From: Gemmatimonadales bacterium
GTDB lineage: Bacteria; Gemmatimonadota; Gemmatimonadetes; Gemmatimonadales; GWC2-71-9
Reading direction: 5' to 3'
NCBI GenBank assembly: GCA_041577295.1
Contig: JBFGJG010000006.1
Span: 55,410 to 119,409, forward strand
DNA length: 64,000 nucleotides
Shown in pieces: positions 17,722 to 28,145 of the stretch. Below the pieces are notes generated by a model. That model saw only the letters and a program-made list of their open reading frames with translations. It had not been told where the DNA came from and did no database searches. Numbering within the stretch: the stretch's first letter is position 1; every line of letters begins with the position of its first letter. A program made the translations under genes and the position numbers.

Positions 17722-18921
17722 TTGAGCCGGATACTGGTTTATTTCCGGCAAAAAAGGTATGTTCCCGCCCGAATTCCCGCCCTCTTCATATTGGCCAATC
17801 AGGAGCCGAAGCTGGAGCTACCAACTTCGCACCGCGTCCCCGTCAACTGGATACGCGACAACGCGTGTGCGCCCATTCGCTGGCGCACCGTCACCGAAAT
17901 CCTGCCAAAGGGTGCGGCGACACCTGAGGACATCCGGCGACTGCGAGACGAGCTTCTTTCCTACAAGCGGGTCGTTCAGACTCTCAAGAAGCAGAAGGAC
18001 GACGGAGTCTGGGGTGGCAACATCCTCGGTCTTGCCGCCGCGAAGGCACAGGGGATCAAAGATGTGGGCACCGTTGCGCAGTACCGTCATCTGCTCGAGC
18101 TCGGTGTGCCCATGGACTGCCGCGCTTATCGCTTCACGGACCGAGTGTTCTTTCGTCTCCTGTCCCGAGATGGCGACCCGGCCCTCATGTACGAGTACCG
18201 TAAAGCCGTCAAGACCAATCCGGCGCTCGAGGCCTGGGGCCGCGATCTCATGCGGGAAGCCGCCACCGCGGCCCTCGCTCATTCAGGACAGTCCGAAGAC
18301 CCTCGAATCCGTGGCTCGGCACACCGCATCGCCACGAGTATCTCGCAGTTCCTACGGAGTGAACTAGCGGAGAAACCGATCGCGAAGAAGGGTTCACGCA
18401 GCGTCCTAAACCCAGAGGCGCACCCTCCCACCGTCTTCTCGGTAGCGATGCTCGCGTACTTGCCCAACCTGCAGCGCGAGCGTGCAGGCTTTGTGGATCG
18501 GCTCGCGCAGTTCATTTCCCGACCGGCCCCGAAGCGCTCCTACTCAATCCAAATTGGGCGTAAGATCATCAAGCCCATATTCCATCTCCTGGGAGATCCG
18601 CTGCAGACCGACGCCGGTGGCAATCCCAAGGATGTGCCGTTCGCGCTTCACTGGATTGAGCTCCTTGTGCGCCTCGGCATGCTCGAGCACTCGCCGAGCG
18701 CACAGCGTGCCTTGGCGAGGCTGCTCAAGGATTGCGACGAAACGGGTCTTTGGAGCCCGAAGAACATCAGGGCGATTCCAAAGAGCGCTTCAGGGCTCGC
18801 GGATTTTGCGTTTCCGCTCGAGCTGGACGGGAGGACCCCCGAGCGCCGTAAGGCCGATGTGACGTTTCGACTCGCGCTGATCGCCAAGCTCGCCGGTTGG
18901 CAACTGGAGTATATCGCTTAA
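17722..18921 (+). CDS. Conserved hypothetical helical protein (possible alpha/alpha barrel)
   Basis: Long ORF with QW-like motifs QKDDGVW and DETGLW. Start uncertain: TTG 17791, or CTG 17812 after AGGAG. Confidence 0.65.
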   Translation: MSRILVYFRQKRYVPARIPALFILANQEPKLELPTSHRVPVNWIRDNACAPIRWRTVTEILPKGAATPEDIRRLRDELLSYKRVVQTLKKQKDDGVWGGNILGLAAAKAQGIKDVGTVAQYRHLLELGVPMDCRAYRFTDRVFFRLLSRDGDPALMYEYRKAVKTNPALEAWGRDLMREAATAALAHSGQSEDPRIRGSAHRIATSISQFLRSELAEKPIAKKGSRSVLNPEAHPPTVFSVAMLAYLPNLQRERAGFVDRLAQFISRPAPKRSYSIQIGRKIIKPIFHLLGDPLQTDAGGNPKDVPFALHWIELLVRLGMLEHSPSAQRALARLLKDCDETGLWSPKNIRAIPKSASGLADFAFPLELDGRTPERRKADVTFRLALIAKLAGWQLEYIA

Positions 18922-18981
18922 CGGTCGACCTCCCGAGCACCCCCTCTTGCCTTGGGGAGTAGTAATTGCTACTCCTATGCA

Positions 18982-19662
18982 GTGGTCGACCTCACCCCAT
19001 TCAACTTCACACCCACCGAGAGCCGGGTGTACGGGGCTCTCCTCGCCGAGGGAACGTCCTCGGGGTACAGCCTTGCCAAGGTGCTCAGCCTCGCCCGCGC
19101 AAACGTCTACCAGGCGTTGGATGGCCTCGTGGCCAAGGGCGCGGCGGTGCTGGAGGATGATGACACTCCTCGCCGATTCAGGGCGGTTGCGCCGAAGGCC
19201 CTCTTGGCCCTCGTAGCACAGCGTGAGGCGGCGCTTCTCGACCGGCTCGAGGAAGAGGTGTTCGCGGCTCGGGCTGAGGGTGCTGATCCGGTGATCCAGA
19301 TCGAGGGTCGGCGAGCGTTCGAGCAAGTGGTGCTGAGGACCGCGGCAAAGCCAACGGGGGAGGTGCGGGCCGTGGCCACAGGACCCTTGCTCAAGGCGCT
19401 CACGCCAATATGGCGGAAGCGCGCAGCCGACGGCTCTCCGACGGTGCTGTTGAGCATCGGACCGGCCGAAGACCAGCTCCCCCTGCCGATCATAGGAGCT
19501 GTCAGCCCGGAGCACTCATTCGGGATCCACGCGCTGATCATCACCCCGGATGCCGCGATCGCCGTTCATGGCGATCTTTCCGGGTATTGGTCTTCCGACC
19601 CCATCTTCATCTCCTTGGGAACCGCCGCGCTTGAGCTACTCGCCCAGCGGCGGGAGACTTGA
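18982..19662 (+). CDS. TrmB-family winged-helix transcriptional regulator
   Basis: FNFTPTESRVYGALLAEG..SGYSLAK..ARANVYQALDGLVAKG and RFRAVAP match the TrmB N-domain. Confidence 0.82.
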   Translation: MVDLTPFNFTPTESRVYGALLAEGTSSGYSLAKVLSLARANVYQALDGLVAKGAAVLEDDDTPRRFRAVAPKALLALVAQREAALLDRLEEEVFAARAEGADPVIQIEGRRAFEQVVLRTAAKPTGEVRAVATGPLLKALTPIWRKRAADGSPTVLLSIGPAEDQLPLPIIGAVSPEHSFGIHALIITPDAAIAVHGDLSGYWSSDPIFISLGTAALELLAQRRET

Positions 19663-19698
19663 CTACTCCAGCATGGCGGCCCACACTTCAGCTACTTT

Positions 19699-19710
19699 TC
19701 AACTAGTTGA
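19699..19710. promoter_or_regulatory. Putative TetR operator
   Basis: Perfect 12-bp palindrome TCAACTAGTTGA abutting the TetR start, downstream of TTGACT-N17-CACACT. Confidence 0.55.
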
Positions 19711-20319
19711 TTGATCGTGCAAAGTGTGCAAGATCAACCTCGTAGGAGAAACCGCATATTGCAGGCGGCGCGTGCGGAGTTTGCGGCACGTGGCTTTGCG
19801 GGAGCGCGTACGGCGCAGATTGCTGAGCAGGCCGGGGTTAACAAGCAGCTCATCTTTTACTACTTCGGCTCAAAGCGCGGACTGTACGACGCGGTTCTTC
19901 GGACAGCGGGCGGAACTTTGCTGCGCTCGGCCCAGTCTACGGATTCGGACAGGCCCACGGGGACCCCGGCTGAGCGGCTTCGGGAAGGCGTGAGCGGACT
20001 CTATCGATCGCTGACGGACACGCCGGATTTGGCAGGGATCCTGTTTCGTGGAATTCGGGACCCGGGAATCGCCAGCGCATCTTTGGAGGCATTCGTTCGC
20101 CAGCTGGTAGACGAGTTCCAGTCCATCATCTCGGAGGGTCAAGGGCTGGGATACTTTCGGGACGATGCCGATCCGGAACTAGCGGCTCGGCAGGCTGCTG
20201 TTCTCGCGCTTGGGTATCTGGCGTTGGAGGAGCAGATAGGAAAAGGCCCAGCACCAGAGCACCGGGCCGAATGGGTAGATCGCGCGTGTGACCTGCTGAT
20301 CAGGTCACTTTCCTGGTAG
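19711..20319 (+). CDS. TetR/AcrR family transcriptional regulator
   Basis: RILQAARAEFAARGFAGARTAQIAEQAGVNKQLIFYYFGSKRGLY HTH. Confidence 0.92.
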   Translation: MIVQSVQDQPRRRNRILQAARAEFAARGFAGARTAQIAEQAGVNKQLIFYYFGSKRGLYDAVLRTAGGTLLRSAQSTDSDRPTGTPAERLREGVSGLYRSLTDTPDLAGILFRGIRDPGIASASLEAFVRQLVDEFQSIISEGQGLGYFRDDADPELAARQAAVLALGYLALEEQIGKGPAPEHRAEWVDRACDLLIRSLSW

Positions 20320-20323
20320 CGAT

Positions 20324-22816
20324 CTAGTTCGGACTGGGAACCAGACCAACGTCTTCCTCCCGACTCATGGGCGGCGCCGCGCGTCGAGGCCGCTTCCGCA
20401 ACGCCGCCTCGAACACTTCATCGAGCGACTCGACGGCGTGCACCGAGATCCGCGCACGCTCCTCGGGGGCGAGATCATCCAGGGCCGAGAGGTTCTCCTT
20501 TGGCAAAATGACGTTCGTTATGCCGGAGCGGCATGCGCCCAGCACCTTTTCCTTGACCCCCCCGATCGGCAACACACGCCCGGAGAGGGTGATCTCGCCT
20601 GTCATCGCCACGTCGTGCCGCACGGGGACCCGAGACAAAGCGCTCACGAGTGCCGTCGCCATGGTGACCCCGGCAGATGGTCCGTCCTTTGGAATCGCAC
20701 CTGCCGGCACATGCACGTGGATGTCTTTGTCCGTAAACATCTCGGGGGAAATCCCGAGCTCCTCGGCGTGTGACTTCGCATAGGTGAGTGCGGCACGCGC
20801 CGACTCTTTCATCACGTCGCCGAGGTGACCCGTGAGTACGAGGTTGTCCTTTCCTCTCATGACCGAGACTTCGACGAACATGATGTCACCGCCGACGGGC
20901 GTGTAGTACATGCCGGTCGCGATGCCCACTTGGTCCTCGTGCGCCGCACGCTCGGGATGCACTGTTGGCCGACCGAGCAGTTCGGCGATCTCTTCCAACG
21001 CGACAACAATGCGCGTCGACTCGCCGGCCGCCACACGGCGTGCCACCTTGCGGACGATCTTGCCGAGCTCTCGCTCGAGCTGACGGACACCCGCCTCACG
21101 CGTATACCTGGCGATGACCTCGCCGAGCGCACCGTCGGTCAGCTCGAGCTCGTCATTGTCGAGCCCACCTTCGGTGAGCTGACGTGGCAGGAGATACCGT
21201 CTGGCAATTGCTGTCTTCTCCCGCTCGGTATATCCCGTGAACTCAACGACCTCCATTCTGTCGAGCAATGGATCTGGGATATTGGCGCGGAAGTTTGCGG
21301 TTGCAATGAACAGCACTTCCGACAAATCGAACGGCACGCCCAGGTAATGATCGGTAAAGCTGTCGTTCTGAGCCGGATCCAACACCTCGAGCAGTGCCGA
21401 AGCGGGATCGCCCTGAAAGGACACGCCGAGCTTGTCGACTTCATCGAGCAAGAACACCGGATTCTTCGTGCCTGCCCGCTTCATGCCTTGGATGATCCGA
21501 CCGGACATCGCCCCGACATAGGTACGCCGGTGTCCTCGGATATCCGCCTCATCTCGGGCTCCACCAAGGGAAATCCGGACATACTCTCGACCCATGGCGC
21601 GTGCAATGGACTTGGCTACAGAAGTCTTGCCGACTCCTGGCGGTCCGATGAACAACAGGATCGAACCTTTTGATCCACGGTCATCTTCGTTCCCGACGGT
21701 CTCTACGGTCTGTGACTCATTCGCCCGCCGATGCCGCAGCTGCCGAACCGCCAGGAACTCGAGGATTCGATCCTTGACATCCTGCAAGCCGTAATGGTCC
21801 TCATCGAGGACCTCGGCTGCTCGTGCGAGATCCAGTTTGTCCTCACTCCGCTCGTTCCAAGGCAACTCCGCGATCGTTTCCAGAAACGTCCGGATCACCT
21901 GAGATTCCATCGACTCACGTGGAGCCCGTTCGAGACGCGCTAACTCGCGATCGACCTCCTTGCGGGCCTCATCGGGAAGCTCAAGCTGCTCCAGTCTCTC
22001 GCGAAGCTCGTTGTCGGCATCGACATCGTCGTCACCCAACTCTTTTCGAATCGCCTTGAGCTGCTCGCGCAAAAACACTTCACGCTGGCGCTCGCCCAGT
22101 TCCTCCTGGACCTTGCTCTTGATGTGTTCCTGCGCTTCAAGCAGCTGCAGCTGCCGCTGCACATGAACGAGGACTCGTCGCAGGCGCTCCTCGACTCCCC
22201 GAGTTTCGAGCAGCGCCTGCCGCTCGGCGGTGGCAACGTCGATATAACCGGCGACGAGGTCGGCAAACCGGCCCGGATCGCTGACGCTCTCGAGCACCTG
22301 CTGCACGACGTCCTCCGGCAGTCCCGTTTTCTGTCCTAGCTCCGCCGCCCGCTCGCGGACCTCTTTGTGAAGAGCCAGGAAGGCGGCGTTGGCTTCATCG
22401 AGCGGACCGAGATCCGGCAGCTCGTCGACGATCGCCTCGATGTACCCTTCCGCCTCGTTGTACTGGAGAACGAACGCACGAAACTCGCCCTGAAGGAGGA
22501 GCTGCACGCCGCCGAGGCTTCGCTGCGCCTGGCCAATGCGCGCAACCGTTCCGGTGGTGTGCAGTCCCTCCGACCGGGCCTCGTCGACGTTTTCCAGCTG
22601 TGACACTGCGAAAATCAATCGGTCCTCACGTTTGAGTGAGGCCTCGATAGCACGAAGCGTCCCGGGACGTCCGGCACCGATTGGCGCGGTCACTCCAGGG
22701 AACAGCACCATATCCCGTAGGGGAAGGACGGGTAGGCGGACCCGTCTCGTGGTCTTTCCGTCAGACATGGTTGTCATCTCTCCCGAATGCGAGTTCGGGT
22801 CAGTTAGCTCTGCCAT
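20324..22816 (-). CDS. lon: ATP-dependent protease Lon (LonA)
   Basis: LPVLPLRD N-domain, GPPGVGKT, LLDEVDK, PKDGPSAG catalytic Ser and KEK Lys. Start may be 22777 or 22768. Confidence 0.97.
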   Translation of the reverse strand: MAELTDPNSHSGEMTTMSDGKTTRRVRLPVLPLRDMVLFPGVTAPIGAGRPGTLRAIEASLKREDRLIFAVSQLENVDEARSEGLHTTGTVARIGQAQRSLGGVQLLLQGEFRAFVLQYNEAEGYIEAIVDELPDLGPLDEANAAFLALHKEVRERAAELGQKTGLPEDVVQQVLESVSDPGRFADLVAGYIDVATAERQALLETRGVEERLRRVLVHVQRQLQLLEAQEHIKSKVQEELGERQREVFLREQLKAIRKELGDDDVDADNELRERLEQLELPDEARKEVDRELARLERAPRESMESQVIRTFLETIAELPWNERSEDKLDLARAAEVLDEDHYGLQDVKDRILEFLAVRQLRHRRANESQTVETVGNEDDRGSKGSILLFIGPPGVGKTSVAKSIARAMGREYVRISLGGARDEADIRGHRRTYVGAMSGRIIQGMKRAGTKNPVFLLDEVDKLGVSFQGDPASALLEVLDPAQNDSFTDHYLGVPFDLSEVLFIATANFRANIPDPLLDRMEVVEFTGYTEREKTAIARRYLLPRQLTEGGLDNDELELTDGALGEVIARYTREAGVRQLERELGKIVRKVARRVAAGESTRIVVALEEIAELLGRPTVHPERAAHEDQVGIATGMYYTPVGGDIMFVEVSVMRGKDNLVLTGHLGDVMKESARAALTYAKSHAEELGISPEMFTDKDIHVHVPAGAIPKDGPSAGVTMATALVSALSRVPVRHDVAMTGEITLSGRVLPIGGVKEKVLGACRSGITNVILPKENLSALDDLAPEERARISVHAVESLDEVFEAALRKRPRRAAPPMSREEDVGLVPSPN

Positions 22817-22828
22817 GACCCCTCAAGA

Positions 22829-22844
22829 GGCACCTACTGTGCCA
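22829..22844 (-). promoter_or_regulatory. Putative sigma-54 (-24/-12) promoter of lon
   Basis: TGGCACAGTAGGTGCC on the minus strand has GG-N10-GC spacing and a TGGCAC start. Confidence 0.45.
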
Positions 22845-22984
22845 TCCAAAACACCTATTCTTACAGTAAAACACCGCCAAGAATGGTCCTGTTCCTGCCA
22901 TAATGGCGTGCACTTCGGTTTGGCGGGGAACGTGGGGTGCGATCGGGTGGTCGTGCGGGATCGCGCAGGCCCGAAACCGGGGGG

Positions 22985-23230
22985 CTAGGGAGCCTTTGGG
23001 GCGATGTTCAGGAGCGCGCGAAGCTCGCTGTCGGTGAGCTGTTCGAGTAAGCCGGCCCTGGTCGTGACTTCCCGTGAGGGCTCCCCTTTGTCCGACTCGC
23101 AGCTGAACCGTACGATGTCGGCGGGCTCGGGGAACGACGTCGTGCTCTTCTTCGGTGGAATCATCCCAGAAGTTCGCCCGACGCGCTCCACGCACCACCG
23201 TCGCCCAGCATCGTCGGTAACCCAGCGCAT
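22985..23230 (-). CDS. Small hypothetical protein
   Basis: 81 aa ORF with natural composition after a GAGG RBS; fills the lon-kinase gap. Confidence 0.6.
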   Translation of the reverse strand: MRWVTDDAGRRWCVERVGRTSGMIPPKKSTTSFPEPADIVRFSCESDKGEPSREVTTRAGLLEQLTDSELRALLNIAPKAP

Positions 23231-23313
23231 GAAGTCCTCGCAGTCGTGTAGCTCGCAGGTTGCCAGTGAGTTAGCGCAGGGTTAATCTACCGTCGGTTCT
23301 GAGCGGATGCCAC

Positions 23314-25185
23314 ATGGAAGAGGGAAAACTGGGCCCCGTCGCCGAGCGATTGGCGGGAGCCCTCGCGGGGTCTTACACGATCGAGGGCGAGATCGGACGC
23401 GGGGGGATGGGGATCGTGTACAGTGCTCGGGACCTCAAGCTGAAGCGGCGAGTGGCGGTCAAGGTCCTCCCTCCAGAGCTGGCCTACCGCGACGAGATTC
23501 GTAAGCGCTTCCTGCGCGAAGCACAAACCGCAGCACGTCTTTCCCATCCTCACATCGTCCCTATACACACCGTCGGCGACGATGGGGGCCTCGTCTATTT
23601 CATCATGGGATTCGTCGACGGCGAGTCACTCCAGGCACGCTTACGGCGTCGTGAGCGTCTTCCCGCTGAGGAAGTGCGACGCATCATGAAAGAGACGGCA
23701 GACGCGCTCGGACTGGCCCACGCCCTTGGAGTGATTCACCGCGATATCAAACCAGACAACATCCTGCTCGAGGGTACGCGGCGACGGGTCATGGTAACCG
23801 ACTTCGGAATCGCGAAAGCGGTTTCTGGGGTGGGACCCGGCACGCTCACCGGAACGGGTGTCGCCATCGGGACGCCGGCGTACATGAGTCCTGAGCAGGC
23901 AGCAGGCGAGCGCGAGATCGATGCGCGCAGCGACGTGTATGCGCTCGGCGTGGTGGGTTACGAGATGTTGACCGGTGAGGTGCCGTTCAAGGCGCCGACG
24001 GTCGCCGGCATGCTCATGAAGCAGATCACGGAGCCCGTACCGGATATCACGAGGATCCGAAACGATTGTCCCGAAGATTTGGCACTCACCATCGCGCGTT
24101 GTCTGGAGAAAGACCCGGAGGATCGCTGGCCCACGGCCGACGCGTTGCGACGCGCGTTGGAGAATCGAACACCTGTACGGTACCGGCCACGATCACAGCT
24201 ATCACGAAGGCGGCCTCGACCTGCACCGGCTGGATCGCCCGGTCGAGATCGCGAATGGTGGGATTGGTTCGAGGACGATCGCTCCCGTTCGCGCCGACGT
24301 GGCAGCCGGCGCGAGCAGCGCGCTCTCGCCGCAAAGGGCGAGAAGGCGACGGATATCCGACACACGGGGGAGCCAGATCTCGTCAGGAAGTTCCGCGCCA
24401 ACTTCGCATCCTACGTATCGGTGAACGGTGGACTCCTCCTGATGAACATCATCGCACCCGGGCTGGGGACGCCGTGGTTTCTGTTTCCCGCAATAGGATG
24501 GGGAATCGGTCTCGCGTCGCAGTACGGTAAGTTATGGTCGGAAGGGTACAGCATGCGTGACGTTCTGAACCGGCCGCCAGCACCAGACGCGTTGCCTGGA
24601 CCAGCCGAGAGCAAGCCCGGTCAGCTACCGGCCGCGCGGCTTCCTGAGCCCACCTCTGGGGAGTTCGGTAAGCTCGCCGGCCAAATACAACAGATGCAGC
24701 GAGACCGCACCGCCGTGCTACAAATCATTCAGCGACTGCCCGAGTCCGAGAAGCAAATGCTGCCCGATGTCCTGCCAACGGTTGAATCTCTATTGAGCCG
24801 CGCCGTTGAGCTTGCACGCACACTGCAGCAAATGGAAGGCAACGTCGACCAGGAGGCACTCGAGCGCCTCGAGCAACGTGTCGCCGAACTGGAGGGTCAG
24901 AGCAACGATCCAGAAGCGGACCGCCGGCTCGACCTGTTGACACGCCAGCGGGGAGTGCTCGCCGAACTCGTCGATCGCCGCTCCCGAGTCGAAGCGCAGT
25001 TCGAGTCATGCGTCCTGGCAGTGCAGAACGTGCGCTTTGACCTACTCCGGTTGCGCTCGGCCGGGGTTGCCGCAGTGCTGGACGACCTCACCTCGGCGAC
25101 GCAACAAGCCCGAGCACTGCAGATCGACGTCGAGGCCGCTATCGACGCCGCCAGCGAGATCAAGCAAGCATTAGGAAAAATCTAG
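23314..25185 (+). CDS. Hanks-type Ser/Thr protein kinase with 2TM hairpin and C-terminal helical domain
   Basis: GRGGMGIVY, VAVK, HRDIKPDN, DFG and GTPAYMSPEQ motifs; 2TM-like VNGGLLLMN..PWFLFPAIGWGIGL. Confidence 0.93.
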   Translation: MEEGKLGPVAERLAGALAGSYTIEGEIGRGGMGIVYSARDLKLKRRVAVKVLPPELAYRDEIRKRFLREAQTAARLSHPHIVPIHTVGDDGGLVYFIMGFVDGESLQARLRRRERLPAEEVRRIMKETADALGLAHALGVIHRDIKPDNILLEGTRRRVMVTDFGIAKAVSGVGPGTLTGTGVAIGTPAYMSPEQAAGEREIDARSDVYALGVVGYEMLTGEVPFKAPTVAGMLMKQITEPVPDITRIRNDCPEDLALTIARCLEKDPEDRWPTADALRRALENRTPVRYRPRSQLSRRRPRPAPAGSPGRDREWWDWFEDDRSRSRRRGSRREQRALAAKGEKATDIRHTGEPDLVRKFRANFASYVSVNGGLLLMNIIAPGLGTPWFLFPAIGWGIGLASQYGKLWSEGYSMRDVLNRPPAPDALPGPAESKPGQLPAARLPEPTSGEFGKLAGQIQQMQRDRTAVLQIIQRLPESEKQMLPDVLPTVESLLSRAVELARTLQQMEGNVDQEALERLEQRVAELEGQSNDPEADRRLDLLTRQRGVLAELVDRRSRVEAQFESCVLAVQNVRFDLLRLRSAGVAAVLDDLTSATQQARALQIDVEAAIDAASEIKQALGKI

Positions 25186-25201
25186 AGGGGATAAAAGGGT
25201 C

Positions 25202-25229
25202 AGAGGGGAGAACGACGGTGCTCTCCTCT
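25202..25229. terminator. Possible hairpin terminator between convergent genes
   Basis: AGAGGGGAGAAC-GACG-GTGCTCTCCTCT imperfect stem-loop between the kinase and E1 stops; U-tract weak. Confidence 0.3.
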
Positions 25230-27372
25230 AAAACCTTGCGATCTCCAGCATAGCCTCCGCCAGATCGGGAATTTGCGGAAGGATCACGTCCTCCAGTTCC
25301 GGGGCGTAGGCAACAAACGTGTCGGTCGACGCCACGCGACGCACGGGCGCATCCAGCCACGCGAAGTGTTCGTCCGCGATCTTCGCTGCCAGTTCGGCTC
25401 CGTAGCCCCACGACAGGGAGTCTTCGTAGGCAACTATCACTTTGTTTGTCTTGCGGACCGACTCGCCGACCGTTTCCCAGTCGACGGGGCTGAGCGACCG
25501 AAGATCGACGACTTCAACGCTGATTCCGTGCTCCTCCTCGATCTGCTTGGCAGCCTGGAGCGTGCGTTGGACAACCGCACCGTACGTGATCACGCTCAGG
25601 TCCGTACCCTCACGAGCCACTTTGGCCTTGCCAAAGGGAATCATGAAGTTGGGACCTGGGTAAGGGGCCTTGTTGTACGTCTGCCGGTAGAGATGCTTGT
25701 GCTCCAGGAAGATCACAGGATCGTCACACCGAATCGCTGTGCGCAAAAGCCCGTTGGCCTCGAGAGCCGTGGCCGGGCAGACGACGCGTAGGCCCGGGAT
25801 TCCCGTGTAAACGGCGGCGCCGGTCTGCGAATGATAGATCGCTCCGCCTTTGAGATACCCACCGTAGGTGACGCGGACGACGACCGGTGCTGAAAAGGCG
25901 CCATTGCTTCTCCACCGCAACGTTGCGAGCTCGTTGCGAATTTGATGATAGGCTGGCCAGATGTAATCGAAGAATTGAATCTCCACTACCGGCTTGATGC
26001 CACGGGTCGCAAGACCAATCGCGCGCCCGACGATGTTCGCTTCCGCCAGCGGTGAGTTGTACACACGGGAGCCACCGAATTGCTTCTGCAACCCCCACGT
26101 GACCTTGAAGACTCCTCCCTTCCCTTTCACGAGATCGAGGTATTCCTCGCGTGAGGTGTCAGCCACATCTTCACCAAAGACGACGATGCGTGGCTCCCGT
26201 TCCATCTCGTCTTTGAGGCATTTGTTGAGCAGATCCACCATCGTGGTGGGATCACCACTGAACTGAGGATCATCTTCGGTATCAAACTGCTCGGCCGTTG
26301 GATCGACGTCCGGCGAGTATACATGCAGATACACGGTGTCCGGGCCAGGCTGTGGCGATGCCAACGCCACGTCAGAGGCGAGCTCGATTTCTTCTTCCAC
26401 GCTAGCTTTGATTTGCTCGACTTCTGCCTCGGTGGCCAGCCCGTCGTCCAGCAGGCGTGTCGGGAACGTCACCAACGGATCGCGTTGAGTTTCGGCCTCA
26501 CGCTCCTGGGGCGGCTTGTACAAGACCTCGTCATCCGAGAGCGAGTGCGAGTACGGTCGTATTACATGCGCGTGAACGAGCGCCGGCCCTTTGCGAGCCC
26601 GCACATAGTTGGCCGCTCGAGTAAGCACCTCCAGGGACGCAACTGGATCGCATCCGTCCACTTCTTCGACCAAGAGGTTTGGAAAACTGGAGACCAGTTT
26701 CGAGACCGATCCGCCGGCCGTCTGGACCTCGATCGGCACCGAAATGGCATACCCGTTGTCCTCGATCAAGAAGAGAACGGGCAGCTTCAGATTGCAGGCG
26801 GTGTTCATCGCCTCCCAGAACTCCCCCTCACTGGTCGTCCCATCACCAGCGGTGCACAACGTGATTTCATCCTTAGGTATGCGCCTCTCCGCTTCCGGGA
26901 TGGTGTCGATGAGGTGATACCGGAGCCACGCCTCCGCACAGCCAACGGCGTTCAAGAACTGTGTGCCCGTGGGACTGGACGAGCTGACGATGTTGAGCTC
27001 CGCGTGCCCCCAATGCGATGGCATCTGGCGACCACCCGAATTGGGGTCGTCCGCGGCACCCACCGCGGACAGCAGCATTTCGGTAGGCGTCATGCCCAGC
27101 ATGAGGCAGAGCGCACGGTCTCGATAGTAGGGAAAGAACCAGTCGTAACTCGGTTTGAGGACCTTCCCTGCCGCCACGAGTACCGCCTCGTGACCGGCAC
27201 CCGAGATTTGAAAGAAGATCTTGTTCTGTCGCTTGAGCTGGATCTCTCTGTCGTCGAGACGGCGAGAGAGGAGCATCACCCGATACATCTCGAGGAGCTC
27301 CTCTTTGCCAAGCTGGGTGGCTTGCGACCCTTTGGTTCGCTTGGACGCTTTCGATCGTGCTTGGGTGGCCAT
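25228..27372 (-). CDS. 2-oxoacid dehydrogenase E1, fused alpha/beta (branched-chain/pyruvate type)
   Basis: TPP motif GDG..N ([23 protein letters not shown]); beta-domain motifs [13 protein letters not shown] and EIQFFDY. Confidence 0.93.
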   Translation of the reverse strand: MATQARSKASKRTKGSQATQLGKEELLEMYRVMLLSRRLDDREIQLKRQNKIFFQISGAGHEAVLVAAGKVLKPSYDWFFPYYRDRALCLMLGMTPTEMLLSAVGAADDPNSGGRQMPSHWGHAELNIVSSSSPTGTQFLNAVGCAEAWLRYHLIDTIPEAERRIPKDEITLCTAGDGTTSEGEFWEAMNTACNLKLPVLFLIEDNGYAISVPIEVQTAGGSVSKLVSSFPNLLVEEVDGCDPVASLEVLTRAANYVRARKGPALVHAHVIRPYSHSLSDDEVLYKPPQEREAETQRDPLVTFPTRLLDDGLATEAEVEQIKASVEEEIELASDVALASPQPGPDTVYLHVYSPDVDPTAEQFDTEDDPQFSGDPTTMVDLLNKCLKDEMEREPRIVVFGEDVADTSREEYLDLVKGKGGVFKVTWGLQKQFGGSRVYNSPLAEANIVGRAIGLATRGIKPVVEIQFFDYIWPAYHQIRNELATLRWRSNGAFSAPVVVRVTYGGYLKGGAIYHSQTGAAVYTGIPGLRVVCPATALEANGLLRTAIRCDDPVIFLEHKHLYRQTYNKAPYPGPNFMIPFGKAKVAREGTDLSVITYGAVVQRTLQAAKQIEEEHGISVEVVDLRSLSPVDWETVGESVRKTNKVIVAYEDSLSWGYGAELAAKIADEHFAWLDAPVRRVASTDTFVAYAPELEDVILPQIPDLAEAMLEIARF

Positions 27373-27544
27373 GACCGCCTAAAGATAGCTGGGTTCGAGA
27401 CGGAGGCTAGCAAGGAGCGGGCCGACCGACAGCGGATCGCGCGTGATCGGGATCACACCGGCTTGTAATGCAAGTATCAAATAATGTTGAACTTATACGT
27501 CCAGGTCCTGGTAGACGTTACCGCGGGCGACCGCGGAACCGCCA

Positions 27545-27790
27545 TTACTTGAGCCGCGTGAGCCGTCGGAGCACCTGGAGCTTGTCGAGGGGCGTCTGAT
27601 CGGACGGTTTCTCCGTGAGGAGCGCATCCCGTACATCCAACAGGACCTCGAGGATCAGTTGCTCCCGTTGATAAGAGCTGTCGAGGTCAAACATCCGCTC
27701 GCGGTCACCTGCGGCCTTCGCGCGCTCGTACGCTTCGCGGTAAATGGACTCGAGATTCCCGAGAATGCGTTCTCGTGAACGGGGTTGCAT
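27545..27790 (-). CDS. Small helical hypothetical protein
   Basis: ORF MQPRSRERILGNLESIYREAY.. with a GGAG RBS; amphipathic helices. Confidence 0.6.
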   Translation of the reverse strand: MQPRSRERILGNLESIYREAYERAKAAGDRERMFDLDSSYQREQLILEVLLDVRDALLTEKPSDQTPLDKLQVLRRLTRLK

Positions 27791-27820
27791 CACCACTCCG
27801 TAGCAGTGGAGAGATCAAGC

Positions 27821-28132
27821 ATGGGCATATCCCGACGGGCCAAGCACCGGCGAACCGCTATCTTTCGACGCGATGGCTATCGCTGTGTCTACTGCGGACT
27901 CGTCTTCTCGGACAAGGAACTCACGGTGGACCATGTGCAACCGCGTGTCAAACGTGGTGACCACTCGCCCGGTAATCTCGTGAGCGCGTGCGTCCGGTGC
28001 AACACGGACAAGGGTGGGCGCGCGGCCTGGGATTACCTCAGAAGCCGCCCCACACAGCGTCAGAACTTCTTGCGTTACGCGGTTCATGTCTGGGCCCGTC
28101 TGCGGCGTGCCGTGCAGGACGCCGGACGGTGA
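27821..28132 (+). CDS. Stand-alone HNH endonuclease
   Basis: IFRRDGYRCVYCG, TVDHVQP, NLVSACVRCNTDKG; ATG 27821 after GGAGAG. Confidence 0.9.
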   Translation: MGISRRAKHRRTAIFRRDGYRCVYCGLVFSDKELTVDHVQPRVKRGDHSPGNLVSACVRCNTDKGGRAAWDYLRSRPTQRQNFLRYAVHVWARLRRAVQDAGR

Positions 28133-28145
28133 CCTCGTGCCTTGC

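Noticed and set aside
27465..27495. Possible dif site (TAATGTTGAAC resembles a XerD arm)
   Set aside because: No matching XerC arm at 6-bp spacing, and parS sites suggest an origin-proximal location. More likely the AT-rich promoter of the E1 gene.
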